DNA from: Eledone cirrhosa
Lineage: Eukaryota
DNA length: 64,000 nt
Direction: 5' to 3'
Assembly: GCA_964016885.1 (NCBI GenBank)
Contig: OZ024740.1
Location: 335,420,001 to 335,484,000, forward strand
The translations under genes and the position numbers were made by a program. Positions 38,166 through 49,492 of the stretch are shown in pieces (the first letter of the stretch is position 1; every line of letters starts with the position of its first letter). The notes under the pieces are model-generated. The model made no database searches, had not been told where the DNA came from, and saw nothing but the letters and a program-made list of their open reading frames with translations.

Positions 38166-40641
38166 CAGAACCGCATGTTCGACAACAACCAGAAGATGCT
38201 GTTTGGACAGCTTGAGGGGAAAGAAAGAGGCACCGACTTGATCCCTGGGGCGGAACAAGCTAAAACATTCTGGAGAGGAATATGGGAGCAGGATGTTAGA
38301 CACAATGCCCAGGCAGGGTGGATTGAGACAGTACAGAGGGAGATCGGTGAGCAGGCACAGCAACAGACTGATTTGAGTATCACAGTTGAAACTCTTAAGG
38401 GGCAAGCCAAAAAACTAACCAACTGGAAATCACCAGGCCCAGATGGTGTGCAGGGGTATTGGATTAAACATTTAACATCCCTCCACCCGAAGCTGACGGC
38501 CATGTTCAATGACTGCTTGGTGTCGGGTGAGGTGCCAGAGTGGTTGACAAAAGGTACCACAGTTCTGATAATGAAAGACCGAATCAAGGGTAATGATGTT
38601 ACCAACTATAGACCTATCACATGTCTGCCCGTAATGTGGAAACTGTTGACGAGCATTGTGTCTGAGGAAATCTACCATCACCTCCACACAAACAACTTGT
38701 TGCCGGACGAACAGAAAGGATGCCGAAAGAAGTCACGTGGTACAAAGGACCAGTTGCTTATTGATAAGATGGTAATGGGGAATTGCAGGAGGAGACACAC
38801 TGATCTTGCCATGGGATGGATAGACTACAGAAAGGCATTTGACATGGTGCCTCATTCCTGGATCACCAAAAGCCTGGAGATCTTCAGGGTGGCAGATAAC
38901 ATCAGACAGTTGCTGGGCAGGAGTATGGGGTCCTGGGAGACAGAGTTGACATCAACTGGAGTATCCTTGGGAAGCGTGAAGATCAAGAGAGGTATCTTCC
39001 AGGGAGATAGCCTGTCCCCTCTGTTGTTTGTCCTTGCCCTGATGCCCTTGACCATTATGCTGCGAAAAGTGAGAGCAGGATACAAGTTGGGAAGGGGAGA
39101 GCTTACCATCAATCACCTCCTCTTCATGGACGATCTTAAGCTCTTCGGGAAAAGTGAGAAGGAGTTGGATGTGCTTGTTGACACTGTCCGTATTTTCAGC
39201 AGTGATATATGTATGCAGTTTGGTATTGGTAAATGTGGAGTCATTGTGATGAGGAGGGGTAGGTTGAGCAGAAGTAACGGGATCCAGATACCAACAGGTG
39301 AGATGATAAAGGAAATTGACTCTGAGGAAGGATACAAGTATTTGGGCGTTCTGGAGGCTGATGGCATAAAGAACAAAAAAATGAAGGAATTGTTAAGAAC
39401 TGAATACATTCGGAGAGTAAGGAGCGTATTGAAGTCACATCTGAACAGCAGAAATGCCATAAGCGCAGTAAATTCCCGAGCTGTGTCTATTATTAGGTAC
39501 AGTGCGGGAATTCTGAGATGGAATGTTGCTGAACAAAAAGAAATGGATAGGAAGACTAGGAAGCTATTGACTATCTACAACATGTTCCACAAGAGGAGTG
39601 ATGTCGATAGACTCTACCTAAGGAGATCTGAGGGTGGAAGAGGTCTTATCAGCATAGAGGACTGTGTTCAGATGGAGAAAAACAACCTATACAAATACGT
39701 GACCTATAGTAAGGAGCCAATGCTCAGAGCTGTACTGAAGGAGGGGACAGTAGGCCAGGGGATACCCAAGGAGGAAATAACATCAAGGAGGAAGAGCAGC
39801 CTTAAGGGAAAATCCCTTCATAGTACCTTCTTTGAGAAAACTGAATTTAGAGATCCACAGACATGGAACTGGTTGAGAAGAGGAGACCTCAAAAAGGCTA
39901 CAGAAGGAATGCTAATGGCTGCGCAGGAGCAGGCCCTCAAAACGAAGTGGTTGAAGCACCATATCTACAAGGAGGAGGCTAGCCCACTGTGCAGGATCTG
40001 TGGAGAGAGAGAGGAAACTGTGGCTCACATTGTGTCCGAGTGTAAACACCTAGCCCAGACCCACTATAAGGGCTGGAGACACGATGTGATGGGCAGGGTG
40101 ATCCACTGGCACCTGTGCAAAGTAAACAATCTACCACATTCTGAGAAATGGTATGAGCATAGGCCAGAGGCGGTGATGGAGAACAGTCAGGTGAAGGTGC
40201 TGTGGGATTTTAGGATACAGACGGACAAAAAACTGGAACACAATAGACCTGACCTGGTGGTTGTGGACAAAGAAAAAAGATCGTGCCTGATTGTGGATGT
40301 GGCCTGCCCGTTCGACACGAGAGTGCAAGAGAAGGAGAGGGAGAAAATTAACCGATACCAGGACCTAAAGTGGGAGGTGAAAAGGATTTGGAACTGCCAT
40401 GAAGTCAAAGTGATCCCGATTGTCATAGGCGCACTGGGGACTATCTCCAAAGGTTTCCAGGGATGGTTAAAGAAAATCGGCCCCTTCACGCTTTTTGGAA
40501 CGCTTCAAAAGGCATGCTTGCTTGGAACGGCAAGAACCCTCCGATACGTCCTGAATATCTGAGGCTGCAGGTAGTGGCTTGATATTCAATCCAACGGACT
40601 TTCCAGTTAACCAACATCAATGACTGAGATTCAAGGAATAA
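38162..40641 (+). mobile_element. R4/Dong-clade RLE non-LTR retrotransposon, family A copy 1 (5'-truncated), in (AAT)n
   Basis: Contains the intact ORF 38175..40562 and an ~80-bp 3' UTR. (AAT)n lies on both flanks (38114-38163 and 40649-40672). Confidence 0.93.
38175..40562 (+). CDS. Reverse transcriptase + CCHC finger + restriction-like endonuclease (N-terminally truncated)
   Basis: Motifs KSPGPDG, YRPITCL, IDYRKAFD, GIFQGDSLSP, LFMDDLK, YKYLGV, CRIC...ETVAHIVSEC, RHD and NRPDLVV...IVDVACP. Confidence 0.92.
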   Translation: MFDNNQKMLFGQLEGKERGTDLIPGAEQAKTFWRGIWEQDVRHNAQAGWIETVQREIGEQAQQQTDLSITVETLKGQAKKLTNWKSPGPDGVQGYWIKHLTSLHPKLTAMFNDCLVSGEVPEWLTKGTTVLIMKDRIKGNDVTNYRPITCLPVMWKLLTSIVSEEIYHHLHTNNLLPDEQKGCRKKSRGTKDQLLIDKMVMGNCRRRHTDLAMGWIDYRKAFDMVPHSWITKSLEIFRVADNIRQLLGRSMGSWETELTSTGVSLGSVKIKRGIFQGDSLSPLLFVLALMPLTIMLRKVRAGYKLGRGELTINHLLFMDDLKLFGKSEKELDVLVDTVRIFSSDICMQFGIGKCGVIVMRRGRLSRSNGIQIPTGEMIKEIDSEEGYKYLGVLEADGIKNKKMKELLRTEYIRRVRSVLKSHLNSRNAISAVNSRAVSIIRYSAGILRWNVAEQKEMDRKTRKLLTIYNMFHKRSDVDRLYLRRSEGGRGLISIEDCVQMEKNNLYKYVTYSKEPMLRAVLKEGTVGQGIPKEEITSRRKSSLKGKSLHSTFFEKTEFRDPQTWNWLRRGDLKKATEGMLMAAQEQALKTKWLKHHIYKEEASPLCRICGEREETVAHIVSECKHLAQTHYKGWRHDVMGRVIHWHLCKVNNLPHSEKWYEHRPEAVMENSQVKVLWDFRIQTDKKLEHNRPDLVVVDKEKRSCLIVDVACPFDTRVQEKEREKINRYQDLKWEVKRIWNCHEVKVIPIVIGALGTISKGFQGWLKKIGPFTLFGTLQKACLLGTARTLRYVLNI

Positions 40642-40671
40642 CGGTGGCAATAATAATAATAATAATAATAA

Positions 40672-43637
40672 TGATTTCATTTATTAGCCACCAGGGCCGA
40701 CATGTAGGGGACGATACAAAGACAGGGACAGTGGGGGTTTACAATAAGTGTAAAAGTGGAGTAAAAGTGCACAATGGCAAGACTAATTTAACAATGAAAA
40801 TATAAAAATATAAAATAAACTATGCATAAATATAACAAAATAAATTCCCCGATAGGGGGTATACGACCCTGGGGTGCTTCAGGTACCCCACCAATCCTGA
40901 ACCACCCTGCGCTTCTAGGGCACCCAGGAGAGCACCCCTCTCCTCAAGTTAGCCAGCCTATAGGCGCATGGTCAGAGTAGGCCCATTCACACGAGCCATT
41001 CTCGCCACATTCACCGACCTTATAGCAAATCTATTGGGGGGCAGCACTTCTCTCTCCACCCTCACCCTCCTTTCCAGGTGAAACTTGAAGAAGTTGATGA
41101 GGGATTGGCCGAAGAGAAAAGTGTCTGTCTTTAGTCCTTTCAACCTCGTCCACCATATAATCTCTTTCGCAACTGCCACCAGACAGAGGAAAATTTCCTG
41201 CTCTTCCTGACCTAAAGAAGGTGGCGGCTCGATCTTCACTATGGACCCGGCCGATAGCCGGATTCGTTCCACACGCGACAGTAGCTGTTCGACATAACTC
41301 CACAAGTCAGTAATGCACGGACATTGGACAAGTGCGTGCAGAACGGTTTCGTCGTTCTGTGCGCTTCTTGGGCAGGTCCGTCTGACAGCACTTCCGTGTC
41401 TGTAGAGTTTATCCCGAACCGGCAGTGCCCCCCGGTAGCACTGCCAAGCGAGGGATTTCTGGAAATTGTCCATCGTCCCCGGCTCAAAAGTCCTCCCGTA
41501 CAGACTGGTCAGTTCGACTTCGTCGAGGCCCAAAACTTCTCCGAGTGTGTCATCGCACTTGCCCACCACTAATCCTCTATAGAACTCGAGAGTGGAAGTT
41601 CCACTGATCGCATTGCCCGCTTGGTAGAGGGCTGTGAGTGCCTGGCAACATTCCAGGTGCCAGTCACCCAGTCTCAGTCTCTTCTTGACCCAGGACTGCA
41701 GCTCAGTCAAAGAAATGAGCTCCGGAAAGGCCCGTCTGATAAACGGCGACCACACCTGTTCACCATTGAGGCAGAATATCTGGAGATGTCGCAGCCTCAA
41801 CGCATGTCTACGCATCATTAGCCACGACATGCCCAGCCCTCCGCGTAGAGGGTGCTGGCAGCAGATGGACCGCCTCATCAACGGAACTTGTCTCCTCCAC
41901 AAGAATTTGAAGAGGAGCCGTTCCAACTTCACGAGGCGCGGACGGGGGCAAGGCACGACGGTTAGGCGGTAGTAGATGACGGACGCGATGTACGCATACG
42001 CCACCTCCGTGCGACCTTTCAGTGATAGCTTCCTCCCAGCCCATTTTTGGGTGAGACTGGCTACTCTGCTCGTTACCTCGTCCCAATTCTTTCCACCTGG
42101 AGGTCTGGTCCGAACCAAACCCCAAGCAACTTTACCGGTCCGTCTGTCCAGTGCCCCACGACGCTGTTGGACGGCATGGGCTTGCCTCTCCAGATTCCGA
42201 GCTGCAAGCCCACCGACTTTTCCGGGTTAAGTTTGGCTCCTGTCAACCTTTCATATTCCTTCAATAAGGTGCTGACCACCTCGATTTCTGAGGTGTTCGA
42301 CACCATCACGGTGATGTCGTCCGCATAAGCCGACACCGCCTTTCCATGTCCCGGTTCGAGCGGGATGCCCTGCAACAGCTCCAGCTTCCGCAGTAAAGGC
42401 TCGAGAGTCAATACGTACAGAAGGGAAGAGAGAGGGCACCCTTGACGGACCGATCGGGAGAGCCGAAATGGTTCCGAGAGGTGGCCATTAACCTTGACCA
42501 CCGAGCGTGTGCCGCTGTGCATTGCAACGATCCAGCTTCTAAAGACAGGGCCGAAGCCAGCTGCTTTGAGGACAAACTCCAGATACCGATGGTCGACCCT
42601 ATCGAATGCTTTCGATTGATCTAAATTGATCAGTGCCCCACCGAAGCCAGCTTAACACCCTACCCTCTCTATGATGTATCGCATGAGGTGGAGATTGTCG
42701 TGTATGGACCTGGCTGGGATTGCGCAAGTTTGCGCCTCCCCAACCAAATTCTCGACGACAAGCGCCAATCTCTTTGCTAACACCTTGGCCAAAATCTTAA
42801 ACTCTGTGTTGAGCAGAGTTATGGGCCTGAAGTTGTCTAATGTATCCCTCTTGTTCTCGTCTTTCCTTATCAGCGTCACCACTCCCCTGCTCACAGAACT
42901 GGGAATACTCCCATTCTGCTGCCAGTTGCTGTAGAGTGCTTCGAGGAGTTCGGAGAACAAGTGTGGCATATTTACGTAAAGCTCGTAGGGCAGGCCATCC
43001 AAACCGGATGACTTGCGCCTCATGCAGCCGACAATGGCGTCCTGAATTTCGGCTGAAGTAATCAGCCTTTCGCAGCGCTCAGCGTCGACCGTCGAGATGC
43101 GCGGCAAGCCGTCAAGGTAGGGAATGAAATCCGCTACTCTCTCTGTCTCGCCACTCTCCCTGAACAACCGAGCAAAGTGCTGGCGAAAGGCCTCACACAC
43201 CCGCTTGGAATCGCTTATCTCGTGTCCGTCTCGGTCCGCCAAAGACCGAATTGTGGTTTTATTACCACGCTGCGCCTCCTCCACGCGGGCGCATCGAACA
43301 GCTTTAGTTCCCTCGTTTCTCAGCGCACGCGCCTTAGCTCTGACAATGCAACCTTCGTGTTTGGCATTGAAGAAATGGTCTAATGCCATTCTCGCCGCTA
43401 ATGCCATTCTCGCCGCTAATGCCATTCTCGCCACTACAAATAGCCTCGTCTAACTTATCTACCAGCTCCCCTCCTTTCTATTTTTCTCTAACGCTAGTTC
43501 TTTGCTGAACTCTATCGAAGTTACTCTAATCTCTCTTTTGAGAGCCCCCCACCATCTGTTGTTGATGATCCCCCCTGTCAACTTTTGCTTAACTAAATTG
43601 TTGACTCGGTCCCTGTAAGCCTTACGTGCCGGAAATG
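40672..43637 (-). mobile_element. Tx1-clade LINE, subfamily B, 5'-truncated, with frameshifted ORF2
   Basis: Pieces 42652..43434 (GLDGLPYE, FRPITLLN), 42073..42522 (VRQGCPLS, AYADDIT) and 40958..42118 (zf-RVT). The 3' end reads gtggctaataaatgaaatc(ATT)n. Confidence 0.9.
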
Positions 43638-43904
43638 ACAATAATAATAATAATAATAATAATGCTTTCTTTATTAACCACAAGGGTCTACATAAAGTAG
43701 ACATTAAGGACAATACAGGAAAATACAGGGCGGGACAAATGGGAAATTCTGCGTGTAGAAAACAAGAAACAGAGGATGTAATAATTGAACAATGAAAAAA
43801 TTCCCCAATAGGGGGGAGACTTCCGAGGGACATTCGTGGAGAAAGCCCATTAAAAATCCACAGTGACCCTGACCACCAGGTCAAGTGCCCTCTCCCAGTT
43901 TTCC

Positions 43905-46900
43905 ACCTTTAATTTACAGACACATATCCAGAGTAGGCCCATTCACTCGGGCCATTCTTGCCTATCTCACCCATCTTTCAACAAAATGCTGGGAAGGGGG
44001 CTTCCTTTTCTACCCTGATTTTCCTTTTTAAATGAAATTTGAAAAAGTTAATCAGGGCATCACCGAAGAGGTAAGTGTTCGTCTTCAGCCCTTTCAAACG
44101 TGTCCACCATACTATCTCTTTCGCCATGGCCACCAGACAGATAAAAATTGCCTGCCCTTCCCAGCTCAGATGATAGCCGAACAGCAGGTGTTCGACATAA
44201 ACCCACAAGTCAGCAATGCTCGGACACTGGACGAGTGCGTGCAGGACGGTTTCGTCGCCCTGCGCGCATCTCGGACATGTCCGGCTGACGGCAGCTCCAT
44301 GCCTGTAGAGTTTATCCCGAACTGGCAAAGCTCCTCGGTAGCACTGCCAGGCCAGGGATTTCTGGAAGTTGTTCATAGGCCCCGGCCCGAAAGTTCTTCC
44401 GAAGAGATTGGCTAGTTGGTTTTCGTCGACGCCTAGAGTTTCCCCAAGTACGTCCTCGCTCTTCCCCTCCACTAATCCTCTATAGAACGCCAAGGTGGAG
44501 TTTCCACCGATCACATTGCCCGATTGGTCGAAGGCTGTGAGCGCCTGAAGTCATTCCAGTCTCCAAGCGGTCCCTCTCGGTCTTCGCTTGACCCAGGACT
44601 GCAGCTCCGTCAAGGAGACGAGCTGGGGAAAGACGCGTCTAGGAAACGGTGACCACACCTGATCACCGTCGAGGAAGAGGTGGAGATGTCGTAGCCTGAG
44701 CGCGTGTCTGCGCATCATCAGTCACTGCATGCACAGCCCTCCACGTAGCGGGTGTTGACAGCAGAGTACCGCCTGACCATCAGAGCGCGTCCCTTCCACA
44801 AAAAGCGAAAGAGCAAACGCTCCAGCGCAGTCAGGCGGGGCTTGGGACAAGGTACGACGGTCAGGTGGTAGTAGATGACGGACGCGATATACGCGTTAGC
44901 CACCTCCGCTCGACCCTTCAGGGATAGCTTCCTCTCGGCCCATTTCTGGATGAGAGAAGCCAACCTGCTCGTCACCTCGTCCCAGTTTTTGTCCGTCTAG
45001 AGATCCGGACCGAACCAGACCCCGAGCAATTTAACTGGTCCGTCCGTCCAGCGCCCGACGACGCTGTTGGACGGCATGGACCTGCCTCTCCAGGTGTCGA
45101 GCTGCAGGCCCAGTGACTTTTCCTGGTTGATCATTGCTCCTGTCACCGCTTCGTATTCTCTTAGTGCCGATCGCCTCGATCTGTTTGGCGTTCGACACCA
45201 CTACGGTGACATAGTCCGCATATGCTGACACGGATATTCCGCATCCTAGTTCGCGCAGGACCCCCCTCAACGTCTCCAGTTTGTGGAGTAATGGCTCGAG
45301 AGTCAATACGTACAAGAGGGACGAGAGGGGAGATCCCTGGCGGTCCGGGCTCATGATGTTGAACGGTTCCGAAAGGTGACCGTTTATCTCACCACAGAGC
45401 AGATGTTGCTGTGCATGGCAGCGATACAGCAGCTGAAGACGGGCCCGAAGCCAGCCGACCTCAGGACTGCCGCTAGGTAACGATGGTCGACCCTATCGAA
45501 AGCTTTCGACTGATCTAAATTGATCAAGGACCCACCCGTGCCAGGTTCCCTAGCTACCCTCTCTACGATGTATCGCATGAGGTGGAGGTTGTCATGGATG
45601 GATCTGTCAGAAATGGCGCATGTCTTCGCCTCTCCCACCAGACCCCCAACGACAAGCGCCAACCTCTTTATTAGCACCTTGGCCAAAATCTTGAACTCTG
45701 TGTTTAGCAAAATTATGGGCCTAAAATTATCTATGTTATCCCCCTTGTTCGGATCCTTTCTCAGCAGCGCCACAGCTTCTCGGCTCACAGAGCTGGGAAT
45801 TCTCCGGTTCTGTTGCCAGTTGCAGTAGACGGCCAAGCGGCCTCCGAACAAGTTTGGCATCTGTACGTAAAGTTCATAGGGCAGACCATCCAAACCAGGC
45901 GATTTACCCCTTGTGCAGCTAGTCATTGCCTCCCGTACTTCAGCGGATGTTATCGGCTTTTCGCAACACTCCGCCTCAGTGGCCGAGAGCCGCGGCAGTC
46001 CGTCGAGGTAGACATTAAAGTCCATCGCTCGATCCGGCCCGCCGCTTCCCCCGAACAACTGAGCGAAGTCTCGCTGAAAAGCTTCACACATTTGCCCGGG
46101 ATCGAGTAGCATGCGCCCGCCGTGGTCCACCAAAGACCGGATCGTGGCTTTGTTGCCGCGGCGCGCCTCCGCCACTCGGGCCCATTGAACGGCTCTCGTC
46201 CCCTCGTGTCTGAGAGCACGCACCCTAGCTCTGACAACGCAGCCTTCGTGCTTTGCATTGAAGAATTGGTCAAGGGTCAATTTCGCCGCAAGTACGTCGG
46301 TCGCGATACCTTTGCTAAGCGCCTCGTCTAATTTTCTAACTAATTCTTCCTCTGCTCTATTTTTCTCTATTGCTAAAGCCTTACTAAACCTAATGGACTC
46401 TATTCTAATTGCTCTTTTCAGAGCAAACCACCACTTGTTGTTGACGATGGCCCCAGTCAACGCCTGCTTAACTAGTTCGCTAATCCGGTCTCTGTAGGCC
46501 TTGCGCGCTGGTAAGGACGCGTTTAGCTTCCAGTAGCCGTGTCCTCGTCTATGAAGCCTATCTAAGTCAAGCACACAGATCACGAATTTGTGGTCCGTGT
46601 AGCTGACTATCTTGAATTGTGGACAGCCTATGCTAGACCTATCTATTTCTCTACAAAATACTCTATCTAGATATGATCTGGGTGACACTATTCGATTTGT
46701 CCAAGTCCATATTGGCACATTCGGGAAATCCAATCGGTACCTGTCAGACAGTTCAAAATGCCTGAGCAGGTTGGTGAGGCTCTTGCACCCTCCTCCCCTA
46801 TCCGCTAATCCCACACAATCCGAGCGTGCATCTAAGATCCCGTTCCAGTCGCCCACTAACACTAAAGAGCGGGACGTTCCAAGAAAGGTCTCCAGACGCC

Positions 46901-47270
46901 GGAAGAAATCAGGCCGCCCTGCTCCTGTCGGGGCATAGACGGCCACTAGCCTGAAAGGTTGCCCGTCTCCGCTGGTCACGTCTAGCACCACCAACTCACC
47001 TTCTTGATCCAGGAAGATGGCCCGTAGTGCGAGATTCAAACCTCTCCGAAAAAGCACAGCAAATTCACCCCCCGATCCCGGACGGCTGGGAGATGCGTAC
47101 ACATCGTAGCCGCCGAAGATCGTTGCGAAGGCCCGTGCTTCGGAGATTCTGGTCTCGCTGATGGCCACGATATCTATGTTAAGTGACCTGAGGTCGTTGA
47201 GTAGGTGGCCCTGCTTCCATGACGACCCCAAGCCACGCGCATTTATGCTGCCTATTCTGAGTGAGGTCAT
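43905..47270 (-). pseudogene. Tx1 ORF2 (APE endonuclease-RT-zf-RVT), open for 628 aa and then frameshifted
   Basis: Motifs LRIGSINARGL, DIVAISET, LVAVYAP, VGDWN, SYLDRVF, TDH, GYWKLN, KSPGLDG, DQSKAFDRV, RQGSPLS, AYAD and CPRC...ETVLHALVQC. Confidence 0.88.
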
Positions 47271-47304
47271 GTTGAAATGGAGTGGAAAAGATGGGAAAGA
47301 CCAC

Positions 47305-49204
47305 TTACCTTACTTCTCGTAGAGGAAGGATGGTTTGTCCATCCTTTTCACTGCTTGTGGCCTCCTCCGGAAGGATGTCCTTATAAATCCTCCTGGAGAG
47401 TGTTTGTCGGAATTTTTGTTTTAGTGTCGTGTACGTTTTCTGTGTGATGCGAGTGATTTGTATGCGTGGAGGTGATGTGTACTTTTGGGTTGTTGTGTAG
47501 TCTTTTTCTGTGATGCTGGTGTTGTATTGCATGTAGTGTAATAATTGATTGTTGTTCAAATTTAGTGCTGTGTAGTGTGTATCGTTTTGGTTGTTTTGTT
47601 TTGTTTGCGTTTGTTGTGGGTTTGTTTCTGTTACGCTTTTTGATGACATTTGTGGTGTTGATGATGGTGGTGTTGGGGTTAATGATGGTGATGGTGTTGG
47701 TGTTTGTGGTGATGGGGTTGGTGATGCTGGTGTGGATGGTGGCATATCTGTTCTAACCTTTTTGTTTGATAATTTATTTGTTTCCCTCTGTATTTTGTTT
47801 TTGGAGGGGGAAGGAAGAGAATTTTTTCGTTTTGGGCTTCTTTTTTTCTTTTTTCCTGATACCGTTTCCCACTCCTCGTCGTCACAATCTGTCTCCAGTT
47901 GCGATAAGCCGGGGAGTGGAAAATCCTCCACATGCGTTGGTTTTGGTTGTGGCGTGGTGGATGGTGTAGGCGCTGGTGCTAGTTCTGGCGCGTTGGGTGG
48001 TGGTGGTGTTGGTTTTGCTACTGTTGCTGGGGTTGTTGCTGTTACATTTGCTTCTGTTGTTGCTGCTACAGTTGTTGCTGCCATTTCTGCTGCTGGTGGT
48101 GTTGATGGTTGAGTCACTGGGGTGGGTTATAGATGTGGCCTCAACCTATTAGCCAGAGGGCAGAAAGCCCTTAGGTGGGTTCCTTCACCACAAACGACAC
48201 ACCTAGGTCTTCTGCCCTCGACGATTACGGTGAGGTGGCTGCCGTCAGTGAGGTCTATTACCTCTGGGATCTCCTCAATGCTATTATGGTCCGCTTGGAT
48301 CAGAAGCTCCATCCCAGATCCGGACCAGTTCTCCTGCTTTTCTTTCGCTATTTCAATCATCTTGGTGTTGGCCTCGATGCTGGCGAGGACGGCAGCCATT
48401 AGCCAGGGAATTTCGATGGCTAGTGGAACGTGGGTCACCCTGATCTTCACAAGTCTCTGGCCACAATAGTTTGGGACGTGTGTGAAGTTGTCACTTCTTA
48501 ATGGGGCCATGGACTGTTCTCTGGCCTCCTGTGGTGTTTCAAAGAACACGTCCACGGTTCCATACTTCTGCCCACGTCTGATGTGGGGTTTTGTTGCCCA
48601 CACATGTCCCAAAGCTTTTTGGATTTGGGACTCGGATACCCATTCCCCTCGGCGCGATTTTATGTTTATTGTCCTATAAGACACAGTGCATAGGCGACGT
48701 TGCTCCATTTTATTAGGTGGGGGGGGGGGCTGACTCTGTACCCATCTTTCTTTACAATTCCTTTCGCTTCTTCTAATTCCTCCTGAGTTACCTGGATCGC
48801 TTCGCACGTTTTTGCTACTCTGGCAAAACTCAGGGCAGTTTTCTTAATTTCATTGTTGCTGTTGTTGTTATCGTTATTTTTGCTATTGATAATTTTAGTT
48901 TCAGTTGTGGTGGTGATGGCGTCAGTGGTGTTCGGTGTGGAAGAGTTCATTTTGTTTGAATTCATTTCGATATCACGAGTTAATTTATTTTTTCTTTTGT
49001 TTCTGTTGTCGCTGTGGTGGTGGTAGTGGCGGCTTTAACACCTGCAGTCATTGGTAATGGCGGGAAATGAACGTCGGCCTGAGACAAATTTAAAATATTG
49101 CTACTGCTTACATTTCCAGTGTTAACAAACGTAGCAATATTTACAATGGTGGTGTCGGTGTGCGGTGTTGGAGTGTGTGGAAGGAGTGACTCTGAGACAT
49201 CCAT
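47305..49204 (-). pseudogene. Tx1 ORF1 (gag-like zinc-knuckle protein) split into four pieces
   Basis: Pieces 48980..49204, 48666..48965 (SFARVA), 48127..48807 (CVVCGEGTHLRAFC) and 47305..48117 (Pro/Thr-rich, WETVSGKKKKR). At least one break lies at a G homopolymer (~48719-48729). Confidence 0.8.
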
Positions 49205-49419
49205 GATTTTTCAAAGAAAAATTTTTGTTTGATAATTATAAAAAGTTTAAATTTTGGACTCAAGGCCCCAATATTTTTGAGTTTCCTTTTCAGAAATCAA
49301 TGTATGTGCACTTATATACAGTTAACAATAAAAAATTTCCATAAATGGCAATTTTAAACAACTGAAAATAACAAACCTTTGCGGAGCTCACGATGATACG
49401 ATTTACTACGTAGGTCGCC

Positions 49420-49491
<72 letters not shown>

Positions 49492-49492
<1 letters not shown>

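Larger units (their letters stand above)
43663..49419 (-). mobile_element. Full-length (~5.75 kb) Tx1-clade LINE, subfamily C, with ORF1 and ORF2 (both disrupted)
   Basis: The 5' UTR starts next to (AAT)n at ~49419. ORF1 has a CX2CX4HX4C knuckle and ORF2 has APE, RT and zf-RVT domains. The 3' end reads gtggttaataaagaaagc(ATT)n. Confidence 0.92.
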
